64,000 bases of DNA, taken from contig CABXEZ010000003.1 in assembly GCA_902511405.1 (NCBI GenBank), positions 7,251 to 71,250 on the forward strand, written 5' to 3'. The position numbers were made by a program, and so were the translations under genes. Positions 47,357 to 56,709 of this stretch are shown here, one piece after another (the first letter of the stretch is position 1; each line of letters starts with the position of its first letter). Source of the DNA: an uncultured Alphaproteobacteria bacterium. Its GTDB lineage: Bacteria; Pseudomonadota; Alphaproteobacteria; HIMB59; GCA-002718135. Below the pieces are notes generated by a model, which searched no databases, was not told where the DNA came from, and saw only the letters and a program-made list of their open reading frames with translations.

Positions 47357-48753
47357 ATTTTATTTCCAAACATTGGAGATACAAAAAAATTATTGTTTTT
47401 GTATTTATAAAATTTTTTATTATCATAAACAATTTTGCCATTTACAATAGTTGTTTTTACTATCCCTTTAATCTTATCGCCAAAATATAAATGAGCACAT
47501 TTTTTACCTTTAGAAACAAGAGTCTTTTGACTAACCATCCATTTTGCATTTAAGTCTAAAATACACAGATCAGCATCTGAGCCTTTTTTTATAATCCCCT
47601 TTCTTGGAAATATATTAAATCTCTTGGAAGGGTTTAGGCACATTAATTCAATAACTTTTTTTAAATTAATCTTTTTCTTAGAAGCCGCATCCAGCATTAA
47701 AGGTAGCATTAATTCCGCACCCGGTGATCCAGGTGGAGCTTTTGAAAAATCTTTTCTTCCTTTTAATTTTTCATTTAATGAAAAAGATGCGTGATCTGAT
47801 GCAATTATACTTAATGAATTATTTTTTAACCCTTTCCAAAGTTCATCTTGATCAACTTTGGTTCTTATAGGAGGATTTATTTTTCCAAACGGACCGACTT
47901 TGATAACATCTTTTTCAGTTTTAAATAAATAATGTGGACATGTTTCAGCACTTATATCTTGCCCTTTTTTTTGGAAATATGAAATTATATCTAAGGATGT
48001 TTTAGATGTAACATGAGCAATATGTATTTTTGTTTTTGCTATAGAATTTAAATTTAATATTTTTGATATAGCTAAAGCTTCAGCAATTGCTGGTCTTGTC
48101 GCATTATGTACTTCAGGATTCGATTTTTCAAAATTACTTTCAAATTTTTTGAAATAATCAAGCATACTTTGATCTTCAGCATGAAATATTGTAGTAAGAT
48201 TAGACTTCTTAGCATGCATTAGTGCATCTAAAATTTTATCCTCTTCAGTAAAACATAAACCGTCAAATTCTGACTTTCTGTTTGCTGGAGCTGCTATTGT
48301 AAAAATTTTAAAAGCAATAGCTCCATTTTTAATTAAACTGTTCAGATTAGAATTAGTCAGTTTGCCTATAGCGGGTATAAAAGCAAAATTGATAATAGTA
48401 TTTTTTGAAAAATGTTCTTTTCGATCTTTTAGCACTTTTCCATTGGACATGCATGGATCACTTATTGGCATTTCAAACAATGTTGTAATCCCACCTTTTG
48501 CTGCAGCTTTTGTTTCACTTTCTACTGTGCCTCTTTCAGGGAATGAAGGGGCTCTTACATGAAAATGAACATCTACAACACCAGGAATAACTGTTTGATT
48601 TTTCGCATCTATAATTTTTTTTGCTTCATATGATTTAATGTTATTTGAGATTTCTAGGATTTTACCCTTATTGACTAACACATTTATAATTTGAAATTTA
48701 TTTTTATAAAAAACTTTTCCATTTTTAATTATTAAATCAATTTTTTTATTCAT
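47353..48753 (-). CDS. cyclic amidohydrolase (dihydroorotase/allantoinase/hydantoinase family)
   Basis: 466 aa. 'PGVVDVHFHVR', 'GGITTLFEMP', 'AEDQ' and 'ASDHA' blocks fit the metal-dependent cyclic amidase superfamily. Confidence 0.8.
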   Translation of the reverse strand: MNKKIDLIIKNGKVFYKNKFQIINVLVNKGKILEISNNIKSYEAKKIIDAKNQTVIPGVVDVHFHVRAPSFPERGTVESETKAAAKGGITTLFEMPISDPCMSNGKVLKDRKEHFSKNTIINFAFIPAIGKLTNSNLNSLIKNGAIAFKIFTIAAPANRKSEFDGLCFTEEDKILDALMHAKKSNLTTIFHAEDQSMLDYFKKFESNFEKSNPEVHNATRPAIAEALAISKILNLNSIAKTKIHIAHVTSKTSLDIISYFQKKGQDISAETCPHYLFKTEKDVIKVGPFGKINPPIRTKVDQDELWKGLKNNSLSIIASDHASFSLNEKLKGRKDFSKAPPGSPGAELMLPLMLDAASKKKINLKKVIELMCLNPSKRFNIFPRKGIIKKGSDADLCILDLNAKWMVSQKTLVSKGKKCAHLYFGDKIKGIVKTTIVNGKIVYDNKKFYKYKNNNFFVSPMFGNKI

Positions 48754-50176
48754 TTTTAAAAATTTTTAATTCTTTCAAAGCTTTTGCAACTCCATCAAGA
48801 TTAGATAATTTCATTGATGAATAATTAGGAGAAAGAACAAAACCTTCACCCCCAGCTTTATAAGTAGCTAAGACTGATCTATAAGCTATGTCAGGTGTAC
48901 ATATTGCTTGGTCTTTTGATGATCTTGGTGCATCAATTCCAATTCCCATATAAACTTTAGATCCTCCATCAACCCCTCTTACTGCATCTTTACACTGAGT
49001 GTAGATATAAGTATCAGGATCTAAGCCTCGTTGCGTAAGTTTTTCAAGACTTGTTTCATTTATCCCAAGTATCTTTGCAAAAACTCTAGTTAATTCAGAG
49101 CCAGATAAATCATCTAAAATTGTTTTACCAAAAATATCAATTTCTCTTTGAAATATTTCTCCAGATTGATGCTGATAGGTAATTGGTTTTACCCAATCTG
49201 AATATTCAACTTGTTCTTTCCAAGGCCATTGAATTTTCCTGATTAAATTGAAATGATTTCTGTTCCAAACATTCAGACCAAAAGATAAATTTGGATTTAC
49301 CCATTTCACTAAACCATAAATTTCTTTATCTAAATCTTTATTACGTTGTAACCAAAATTTCTCCCACTCAAGTATTTCTGGTTTTTCAAATAAATGTCTA
49401 AAAAACTCTATAAAATTTCCATCAACAAATTTCTTTCCCTCTCGTATATCAATAAAAAATTCATACATATATTTTAGTGAGTCTTTTATTTTAGGAATGT
49501 TTAAATTATTTTGACTAGCTTCAAGTAAAAATTGATTTGAAAAATCTCCTGGAGCGTTTCCTTGAAACAATTGATCTAGTGGTGAATATCTCTCGTTACA
49601 CCACATCACGCCATCGATATCATAATTAGCAACTTGATCTTCAATCATTGAAAGTATCCAATTTCTGTAATCTAAATTGCTAGTGGATGGAGATGAACTT
49701 ATTTTTCCAAAAATATCTATTTCCATACATTGAACAAGATTTGGAAGATCAACTCCTGTTGCAGAGCCATGACCAGCGTAATTAAAAAATGGTTCCATTA
49801 ACTCTATGAAAACTTTCATCCCACGCTCTTTAGCTTTGGGTATAACCATTTTTAAAATATCGTTATTGATCATTTCTTTATCTTGCGCTTTAAAATTTTT
49901 GATGAATGTTTTGTTATAAAATTTTGGGTCAGGATCAAAATATGCCCCACCTTTCATCGCAAAGGGTTCAGGAATTCCATGATCTGGCCACCCGTCTATT
50001 TTCCAAGATACGGATCTACCAGACTTTAATCCTAGCCATGAAACAGTGCCAATAAGAAGTACATTAATACCTACTCTATTTTGAAGCGTGTCTAAAACTT
50101 GATCTACGCCTTCATCTATAAAAGAAATTGGACTTATTTGAATACCAGCAAATTTATTATTTATTTCTTTACTCAT
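48746..50176 (-). CDS. hypothetical protein, no recognisable family (possibly TIM-barrel-like)
   Basis: 476-aa uninterrupted ORF, translationally coupled on both sides (8-nt overlaps). I recognise no diagnostic motif. Confidence 0.6.
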   Translation of the reverse strand: MSKEINNKFAGIQISPISFIDEGVDQVLDTLQNRVGINVLLIGTVSWLGLKSGRSVSWKIDGWPDHGIPEPFAMKGGAYFDPDPKFYNKTFIKNFKAQDKEMINNDILKMVIPKAKERGMKVFIELMEPFFNYAGHGSATGVDLPNLVQCMEIDIFGKISSSPSTSNLDYRNWILSMIEDQVANYDIDGVMWCNERYSPLDQLFQGNAPGDFSNQFLLEASQNNLNIPKIKDSLKYMYEFFIDIREGKKFVDGNFIEFFRHLFEKPEILEWEKFWLQRNKDLDKEIYGLVKWVNPNLSFGLNVWNRNHFNLIRKIQWPWKEQVEYSDWVKPITYQHQSGEIFQREIDIFGKTILDDLSGSELTRVFAKILGINETSLEKLTQRGLDPDTYIYTQCKDAVRGVDGGSKVYMGIGIDAPRSSKDQAICTPDIAYRSVLATYKAGGEGFVLSPNYSSMKLSNLDGVAKALKELKIFKNE

Positions 50177-51329
50177 TTATAAAATTTTTTATTCTGTTCA
50201 TTGACTCTTCTATTTTATTTATTGGTTGTAAATATGATAGACGAATATATTTATCTTCATCATCGCCAAATAATGTCCCAGGAAATAGTAAGACGCCAGT
50301 TTTTTCTAATAGTTTTTTACAAAAATCAGATGCTGCTAAACCTGAATTAGACACATTAGTATAAATATAAAAAGCACCACCTGGATCACCGTATGAGAAT
50401 CCTATCTCATCCAAGGCTTTCATACAAAATTTTCTTCTGATGTTGTACTCATCTTTCATTTTAATAATTTCATCTTGAGGACCTTCTAAAGCAGCTAAGG
50501 CTCCAAATTGGGAAAAAGTGCACGAATTAATTGATAATGAATGCCTAATCTCTGACATTTTTTTTATTATATCTTCTGGTCCTGCTACATATCCAATTCT
50601 CCATCCAGTCATTGCATAGGTTTTTGAGAACCCATTTAGAGTGAGTGTTCGTTCTTTCATATTTTCAAGAGTTGCAATTGATAAATGTTCATGATTTTCA
50701 TAAATTAAATCAGCATAAATTTCATCTGCGATTACTATTAAATTATGCTTTATGGCTATGTCGGCAATCTTTTTTATATTTTCCGGTGGTGTAACTGCTC
50801 CAGTAGGATTGTTTGGTGAAACAAGAACTATTACTTTAGTTTTGTCATTTATTTTCCCTTCAATAATCTCTGGCATTAATGAAAAATTATTTTTTTCATA
50901 AGTGGGGATTGGTATAGGTTTGGCATTGCACATTCTTACATTCAGATCATAAGTTGTAAACCTAGGTGAGGTTATAAGTACTTCATCCCCAGTTTCTAGT
51001 AAGCTTAACATCGCTAAAGCGATACTTTCTTGCACTCCTGCAGTTACTACTATTTCATTCTCACTGTAATTTAGATTATATTTTTCTTGTAAATTTTTTG
51101 AAATAGCAACTCTTAATTCTGGCAAACCATTTGGTGGAGTGTAATGATGTTTATTATCATCTAAAGCTTTTTTTGCAGCTTCAACTATATGTTTCGGGGT
51201 ATGAAAATCAGGATCACCTCTTCCCAAAGGTATCACATCATCAATTTTAGATGCTATACTTAATAATTCTGATCTAAAAGATTCATCATCTAGAGATATT
51301 TTTTTCGATTTATCAAAAATAATTGTCAT
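50169..51329 (-). CDS. class I/II PLP aminotransferase (aspartate/aromatic type)
   Basis: 386 aa. 'NPNNPTG', 'SKTYAMTGWRIGY' (PLP Lys) and 'RLSY'. Confidence 0.85.
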   Translation of the reverse strand: MTIIFDKSKKISLDDESFRSELLSIASKIDDVIPLGRGDPDFHTPKHIVEAAKKALDDNKHHYTPPNGLPELRVAISKNLQEKYNLNYSENEIVVTAGVQESIALAMLSLLETGDEVLITSPRFTTYDLNVRMCNAKPIPIPTYEKNNFSLMPEIIEGKINDKTKVIVLVSPNNPTGAVTPPENIKKIADIAIKHNLIVIADEIYADLIYENHEHLSIATLENMKERTLTLNGFSKTYAMTGWRIGYVAGPEDIIKKMSEIRHSLSINSCTFSQFGALAALEGPQDEIIKMKDEYNIRRKFCMKALDEIGFSYGDPGGAFYIYTNVSNSGLAASDFCKKLLEKTGVLLFPGTLFGDDEDKYIRLSYLQPINKIEESMNRIKNFINE

Positions 51330-52564
51330 TATACCAACCTATTGCCACTAATATAAACTTGTCTGACATTCGATAAATCATCAATGTTTTGATCAGGTTT
51401 ACCTTCAACTATAATTAAATCAGCTTCTTTTCCAACTTCAATAGAGCCGAGCTTATCATCCATTTTATTCACTTTTGCAGCTCGGTAAGTAGCAGATTGA
51501 ATAGCATCAAGATTATTTTTAACTACTCCAAGATCAATCATAAATTTCATTTCTGGAACTATAGCATCATGAGGTACTACTGGGGACCCTGCATCTGTTC
51601 CAAATATAATTTGAATTCCTGCCTCACTGGCTTTAACTAAAGAGTCAAATCTTGATTTATCCTTAACAATTTTTTGTCTTTCCTCTATTTTCCATTCTGG
51701 GATATTATACTTTCTTGCTATTTCAGCATTACTTTGCATTACAACTGGAGAAAAAGTTGTGCAAATTGGAATATTTTTTTTAGCAACCTTTTCTATAGTT
51801 GATTCGGTCATAGGACCTCCATGCTCTATGCAATCAATTCCAAAATCAACAACCCTACTAATTGCATCATTAAACGTTGCATGAGCGGTAATATATAGCC
51901 CATTTCTATGAGTCTCATCAATGACTGCGGTTAATTCTTCATCTGTAAATTCAAGAGTATCATGACACGCCATAATTTTAATTAAGTCTGCGCCAGCTCC
52001 AACTTGTTCTCTTACTGCTCTTCTCATTTCATCAGCCCCTGATGCTTCTCTACAACACCAATAAGTATGTCCAGCAGTTTGAACTATAGCTTCTCCACAA
52101 ATTTTAAGCCTTGGACCAGGATAAATACCTTGCTCTATAGCTTGTTTTGCAAAAATATTAGTTTTATTCATGCCAAGATCTCTAACTAAAGTAATACCTG
52201 CTCTAAGAGATTTTAACATATTTGCACATGATTTATATGCAGATATTTCAACTGCATCATCCATAGATTGTTGTGCTAAGTCATGTGTTCCATCCCAAGC
52301 CAGATGTGCATGAGAATTCATTAGGCCTGGTAATAATGTATGATCTTTAAGCTCAATAATTTTTTTGTTTTTTATTTCCTTACTTAGTTGAGATTGTTGA
52401 CCAACCTTAATTATCTTTCCATCTTCAATCTCTACAAATCCATTCTCAATTATTTCAAGTGATTTAGGTTCAATAATTCTAAGTTTGAATAAAATATTTT
52501 CTTTATTGTCTTCAAATAAAGGACGAAGTATTTTTCTAAATTTCCATGGTGCTGCTTCTGGCAT
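51329..52564 (-). CDS. amidohydrolase_1 family metal-dependent hydrolase
   Basis: 411 aa. 'LLPGLMNSHAHL', 'ITAHA', 'CIEHG' and 'GTDAG' motifs. Confidence 0.8.
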   Translation of the reverse strand: MPEAAPWKFRKILRPLFEDNKENILFKLRIIEPKSLEIIENGFVEIEDGKIIKVGQQSQLSKEIKNKKIIELKDHTLLPGLMNSHAHLAWDGTHDLAQQSMDDAVEISAYKSCANMLKSLRAGITLVRDLGMNKTNIFAKQAIEQGIYPGPRLKICGEAIVQTAGHTYWCCREASGADEMRRAVREQVGAGADLIKIMACHDTLEFTDEELTAVIDETHRNGLYITAHATFNDAISRVVDFGIDCIEHGGPMTESTIEKVAKKNIPICTTFSPVVMQSNAEIARKYNIPEWKIEERQKIVKDKSRFDSLVKASEAGIQIIFGTDAGSPVVPHDAIVPEMKFMIDLGVVKNNLDAIQSATYRAAKVNKMDDKLGSIEVGKEADLIIVEGKPDQNIDDLSNVRQVYISGNRLV

Positions 52565-52573
52565 TTCTCTTCC

Positions 52574-53743
52574 TCAGTTTAAGTTAATAATTCTATTATC
52601 AATACTTTTATCTAAAAAGTTTGGTATTTGTTTTCCTCTGCTTTTTCCAACTATCATTGAACTTATTGTTCGATATCCATCTATATTTGGTCGGTAAATT
52701 CCTGGCTCATTAGAAAAAACCATATTCTCTTTAAGTACTGTTTTATCACCTGGTGATAACCAAGGAGCTTCGTGTCCCTCAAAACCCATACCATGACCAA
52801 TTCTATGCCTTACATATTTAGTTAAGTTATACTCACGATAGACTTCTGAAGTAGATTTATTTACTTCTTCACAAATATTACCTTCTTTAAGATTTTCCAC
52901 AGCTACATCATTTACTTTTTTCATGGCTTTAATTATATTTTCTTGGTCTTTATTTGGTTCACCTAAAATAAAAGTTATTCCTGACTCGGCGTACAATCCT
53001 CCAACACATGCACCCACACCACAAATAAGCGTTTCATTTTTTTGAGGAACTCTACTTAGAGATTTACCATGTGGAAATGCTCCTCTGGGACCAGAATGAA
53101 TTGTAGCGACAACATTGCAAGGCGTTTCATCGAACGCACTGGACAATTCATTTAACATCCGTGTTTTTGAAAATTCTGTACATATCTTAACAAGGGATCT
53201 TTCATCAATATTTTGATTAATTAATTCTTTTGCATTGTCTCTTAGATACTCAATTGCAAGATCAGCATATTTAGATGCAATGGAGATAAGTTTAATTTCC
53301 TCATCAAGTTTTTCAAATCTAAAATTTTCTAAACCAGTGTTATGATCTAAGATATCAAATTTGTTTTCTAGTAAATTTAAGATATCAATATTTTTTATAT
53401 CAGTACCAACATTTTTTTCTGTGATATTATTTGCCATAAAAGAGAAGGGGTTAATTTCTCCTGGAAATTCTTCATAAATATTTATTTCATTCACATTCAG
53501 ATTCTCCGCATTTTCTTTTTCAAGTAAAGGAATGAATAATTTAGTTTTATTATTTTTTGATAAATAAAAACCTGATGGCCTTTCATTAGTAACATAAAAA
53601 AAACCAGTGAAATAAAAAATATTTGCAGGATTAGTAACTAAGCAACCATCTAGATTTTTTTCATGTATTAAATTTAGTAATTTTTTTCTAGTATTCTTGT
53701 AAAAATTTTCACTTAGTGGAGAAATATTATTTTGTATATTCAT
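52574..53743 (-). CDS. M24-family hydrolase (Xaa-Pro peptidase / creatinase / ectoine-hydrolase-like)
   Basis: 389 aa. Creatinase_N-like N-terminus. 'HRIGHGMGFEGHE' and 'VFSNEPGIY' pita-bread metal motifs. Confidence 0.8.
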   Translation of the reverse strand: MNIQNNISPLSENFYKNTRKKLLNLIHEKNLDGCLVTNPANIFYFTGFFYVTNERPSGFYLSKNNKTKLFIPLLEKENAENLNVNEINIYEEFPGEINPFSFMANNITEKNVGTDIKNIDILNLLENKFDILDHNTGLENFRFEKLDEEIKLISIASKYADLAIEYLRDNAKELINQNIDERSLVKICTEFSKTRMLNELSSAFDETPCNVVATIHSGPRGAFPHGKSLSRVPQKNETLICGVGACVGGLYAESGITFILGEPNKDQENIIKAMKKVNDVAVENLKEGNICEEVNKSTSEVYREYNLTKYVRHRIGHGMGFEGHEAPWLSPGDKTVLKENMVFSNEPGIYRPNIDGYRTISSMIVGKSRGKQIPNFLDKSIDNRIINLN

Positions 53744-54801
53744 TAATTTAAATTTAACTTTTCAATTTTTAAATTATCTGCAAGTTCTTCAAATGATAAT
53801 AAAACTTCATCATCGAGAGGTATGCCAAACTTCATTTTTTCTTCAACTCTCTTATTTTCTATCTCTCCTGGCACTAAGATTTCATTAAAATCTGGTCTAA
53901 GAGGAAGTGTTTTAATTGTATCAACAAAATCATCTATGCGTTTATAAAATTCAGTAATCTCCATAAACCAATCAATATTGATTGCTGTCAATGAATGAGA
54001 TACATCTAATTTTTTTGGATCAGAATAAGGTATCAAACCATAACCGCCGCCACTAATTACGCCTGTCAAGACGTCAGTCATAAAAGACAAACCGTATCCT
54101 TTATATTGCCCTATACCGAGAAGAAAACCATCCATAGCTTCTGAAGGATTTGTTGTTTCATAACCTTCTTTCGTAATAGCCCAATCATTTGGCATTGGTT
54201 TATTTTCTCTCTCATGCCATCTCATCATTCCTTTACCAGCAGTTGTAAGAGCAATATCAAGTATGAGTGGAAAGCCTTTTCCAGTGGGACAAGATATTCC
54301 CCATGGGTTTGTACCTACTCCTCCACTTTTAGATCCCCAAGGAGCCATTTCTGGTCCAGCATTTGTATAGACTACGCCTATGCAATTTTTTTTAGTTGCT
54401 TTTACAGCATGAACGGAGCTTGAACCAAAGTGGGTTGAATTTTTAATGATGACTTTACCTATACCTTCTTTTTTTGCTTTATTAATTGCAATATCCATAC
54501 ATTTTGAAGCTTGCACAGTACCTATTCCATTTTTCGCATCAATTAAAGCAAGTGATGAACTCTCTTTTATAATTTCATATTCTGCATTGACATTAACTTC
54601 ATTATTTTTGATTCTTTTATAATAGGTTGTTATTCTCTGTACCCCTTGACCTTGGCCAGATTGAAATCTTAGCTCAGAAAACATGAGTGCGTCAGAAAAA
54701 ATCTCTGCATCAATTTTATTTAATCCCATTGCAATAAAAGAATTTAAAACGAATTCTTTTAAATTCTGAAAATTTACCGAGGTCATTTTGATATCGGTCA
54801 T
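53743..54801 (-). CDS. Ldh_2 family dehydrogenase (ureidoglycolate / Pyr2C / sulfolactate dehydrogenase-like)
   Basis: 352 aa. 'STHFGSSS', 'GTNPWG' and 'KGYGLSF'. Paralog of 4312-5361. Confidence 0.8.
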   Translation of the reverse strand: MTDIKMTSVNFQNLKEFVLNSFIAMGLNKIDAEIFSDALMFSELRFQSGQGQGVQRITTYYKRIKNNEVNVNAEYEIIKESSSLALIDAKNGIGTVQASKCMDIAINKAKKEGIGKVIIKNSTHFGSSSVHAVKATKKNCIGVVYTNAGPEMAPWGSKSGGVGTNPWGISCPTGKGFPLILDIALTTAGKGMMRWHERENKPMPNDWAITKEGYETTNPSEAMDGFLLGIGQYKGYGLSFMTDVLTGVISGGGYGLIPYSDPKKLDVSHSLTAINIDWFMEITEFYKRIDDFVDTIKTLPLRPDFNEILVPGEIENKRVEEKMKFGIPLDDEVLLSFEELADNLKIEKLNLN

Positions 54802-54805
54802 GATT

Positions 54806-55684
54806 TTACTTAATAAATTTTATATAATTAATTATGTTAGCACTTGACTCTAGCTTTGCCTTCGCATTATTTTTTTTTGATGACATTAAAATTGTTATAC
54901 CTGGTCCATAGCCAGCTCGAGGCCCATTAGTTTGTCCAATTATGCCAACAGCCCAAGCATTTCTTAAAAAACCATGTTGATAGCTGCTGTCATAGTTCTC
55001 TATATAGATAATATCTCCAAGCTTTAATTTATCTAATTTATATTTCTTCATTTCAGAGCTATCAGTTGTTTGAATGTGGAGTGAACCAGACTCACTTGTT
55101 AGTCCTGATCCAGCACCAATTAGATGTTCTGGAATTATATGAGTAACAGGTATTACCATCTTCTTATCTTTATTTTTAATATTCATTTTAACAAAAAGTT
55201 GAGGAGATAAGCTTTTACAGAATACGTCTTTAAAGTTATTTATTTTTAGACCAACCCCAAATGACTTTATTAATATTTTATCATTGATTGAAATTTTTTC
55301 TCTGATTTTTTTTGGAAAATGGACAATTACTTGCTCTGAAAATCGACCTGACTTTCCTGTTACAATCCCTTTTGCATTCTTTGCTTCACCACTCATTATG
55401 GTTGCATCATTGCCAACGCAGGATAAAATATTTAATCCCCGATTGCCTGCCTCACTAGGATATTTTATTGATACGCCTGGATGTATACAATCTGCTTCCC
55501 AACCAAATGCAGAATCTCCAATTGATACATTATGGACTATTGATCCCCAGCTTGGTAAAAGAAAAGGAGAGCCATTTGAGTCTAATCTATAGGGTTCAGC
55601 TGGTAAACCTTGAAAATTAGGCTGACAGACTGAGCCTACAACACTTACATTTACTAATAATTTTTCATTTGTTTCTATTTTCAT
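54806..55684 (-). CDS. unknown-function protein, paralog B (resembles what I recall as DUF4438)
   Basis: 292 aa. Shares 'GD.AFGW..D.I.PGVSI', 'SGEAK..G.VTG', 'KL.LGD.I.I' and 'G.GPGI' blocks with the adjacent gene. The family assignment is from memory and unverified. Confidence 0.6.
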   Translation of the reverse strand: MKIETNEKLLVNVSVVGSVCQPNFQGLPAEPYRLDSNGSPFLLPSWGSIVHNVSIGDSAFGWEADCIHPGVSIKYPSEAGNRGLNILSCVGNDATIMSGEAKNAKGIVTGKSGRFSEQVIVHFPKKIREKISINDKILIKSFGVGLKINNFKDVFCKSLSPQLFVKMNIKNKDKKMVIPVTHIIPEHLIGAGSGLTSESGSLHIQTTDSSEMKKYKLDKLKLGDIIYIENYDSSYQHGFLRNAWAVGIIGQTNGPRAGYGPGITILMSSKKNNAKAKLESSANIINYIKFIK

Positions 55685-56544
55685 AATTTTATCTTTAGTA
55701 TATTTTTTAAATTAGCATTTTTATTAATTTTCCAACCGAGGTTTTTTTTAGTTCCAGTCATGATTGTCATTATTCCTGGACCATGACCAGTCATAACAGA
55801 GTCACCATGAATACAAAGAGCAATACTCACATGGTCTTTTTTATAGGAACGTCCCCATCTGTGGTCTGCGTGATTTATAACAATTAAATCTCCTAATTTC
55901 ATTTGATCTATTTTTAACTGTTTCATTAATGACCGATCACCAGACATTAAGTCTTGATCCACATACTCAGAATTTAACTCAGCTCCAGAACCCATTATTT
56001 TAATTGGTAACTCTATTGCAACATCGACGATTAACTTTTTATTTTCAACTTTGAAATTCATAGATTTTAAAAAATTGGGGTCAATTTTTTTAATTTCAAT
56101 TTCTAGAAAATCTAATAATTTTAAACCCCTACCATGAGTTATGATATCAATTTGATCTCCAACACAAATTTTTTCAAGTGTATTCTGTTCAAAATGAATT
56201 AAATTTCTAGCATGCTCTCCTGTAACGACACCAGTTTTGCCTTTAGCTTCTCCTGATCTCACAATTGCTTTATTCCCAGTACAAACCAGGTAGTGCAAAG
56301 CAAAATGCTCATTAATGTTTTCTGAGTCAATGGAAACTCCAGGCTCTATGTGATCACCGCTCCATCCAAAAGCTTTATCTCCAACTTTGACATTATTTAC
56401 CACACCATACATACCAGGCAGTATTACTGAATTTCCGTCGTTATTAGGAATATATCCTGGGTTTTTAAAAGATGGTTGAGTTACATATCCACCAATTGAC
56501 ATTTTAATTAAATTTTTTTCGTTGGTTTTTAAATTTGGAATCAT
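55681..56544 (-). CDS. unknown-function protein, paralog A (DUF4438-like); first gene of the minus-strand operon
   Basis: 287 aa. ATGA overlap with paralog B. Same conserved blocks. Confidence 0.6.
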   Translation of the reverse strand: MIPNLKTNEKNLIKMSIGGYVTQPSFKNPGYIPNNDGNSVILPGMYGVVNNVKVGDKAFGWSGDHIEPGVSIDSENINEHFALHYLVCTGNKAIVRSGEAKGKTGVVTGEHARNLIHFEQNTLEKICVGDQIDIITHGRGLKLLDFLEIEIKKIDPNFLKSMNFKVENKKLIVDVAIELPIKIMGSGAELNSEYVDQDLMSGDRSLMKQLKIDQMKLGDLIVINHADHRWGRSYKKDHVSIALCIHGDSVMTGHGPGIMTIMTGTKKNLGWKINKNANLKNILKIKL

Positions 56545-56591
56545 TAACTTTCAAATAACTTGTTTAAATAAAATAAAAAATAACAAAATAG

Positions 56592-56661
56592 TCACTTCAG
56601 TGGTGCTAAAATGTGATCTATATATATAAATAAGATTGCAAAATTATCACCACTGAAGTGA
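56592..56661. promoter_or_regulatory. 14-bp perfect inverted repeat TCACTTCAGTGGTG / CACCACTGAAGTGA separated by 42 bp in a divergent promoter region
   Basis: Arms at 56592-56605 and 56648-56661, read directly. The right arm itself contains TATCAC-N7-GTGATA. Confidence 0.55.
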
Positions 56662-56709
56662 TAATTTATCTATTTCTTAAAATGTCAAAAAGCTTTAGAA
56701 ACGAAAAAT

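Noticed and set aside
47112-47450. 112-aa plus-strand ORF spanning the junction of the DppD-like and cyclic amidase genes
   Set aside because: It is antisense to two well-supported, overlapping minus-strand genes and has no motif. Its length is explained by the codon bias of the opposite strand.
55284-55592. 102-aa plus-strand ORF inside the DUF4438-like gene
   Set aside because: It is antisense to the ORF that has a conserved paralog next door. The paralogy supports the minus-strand frame.
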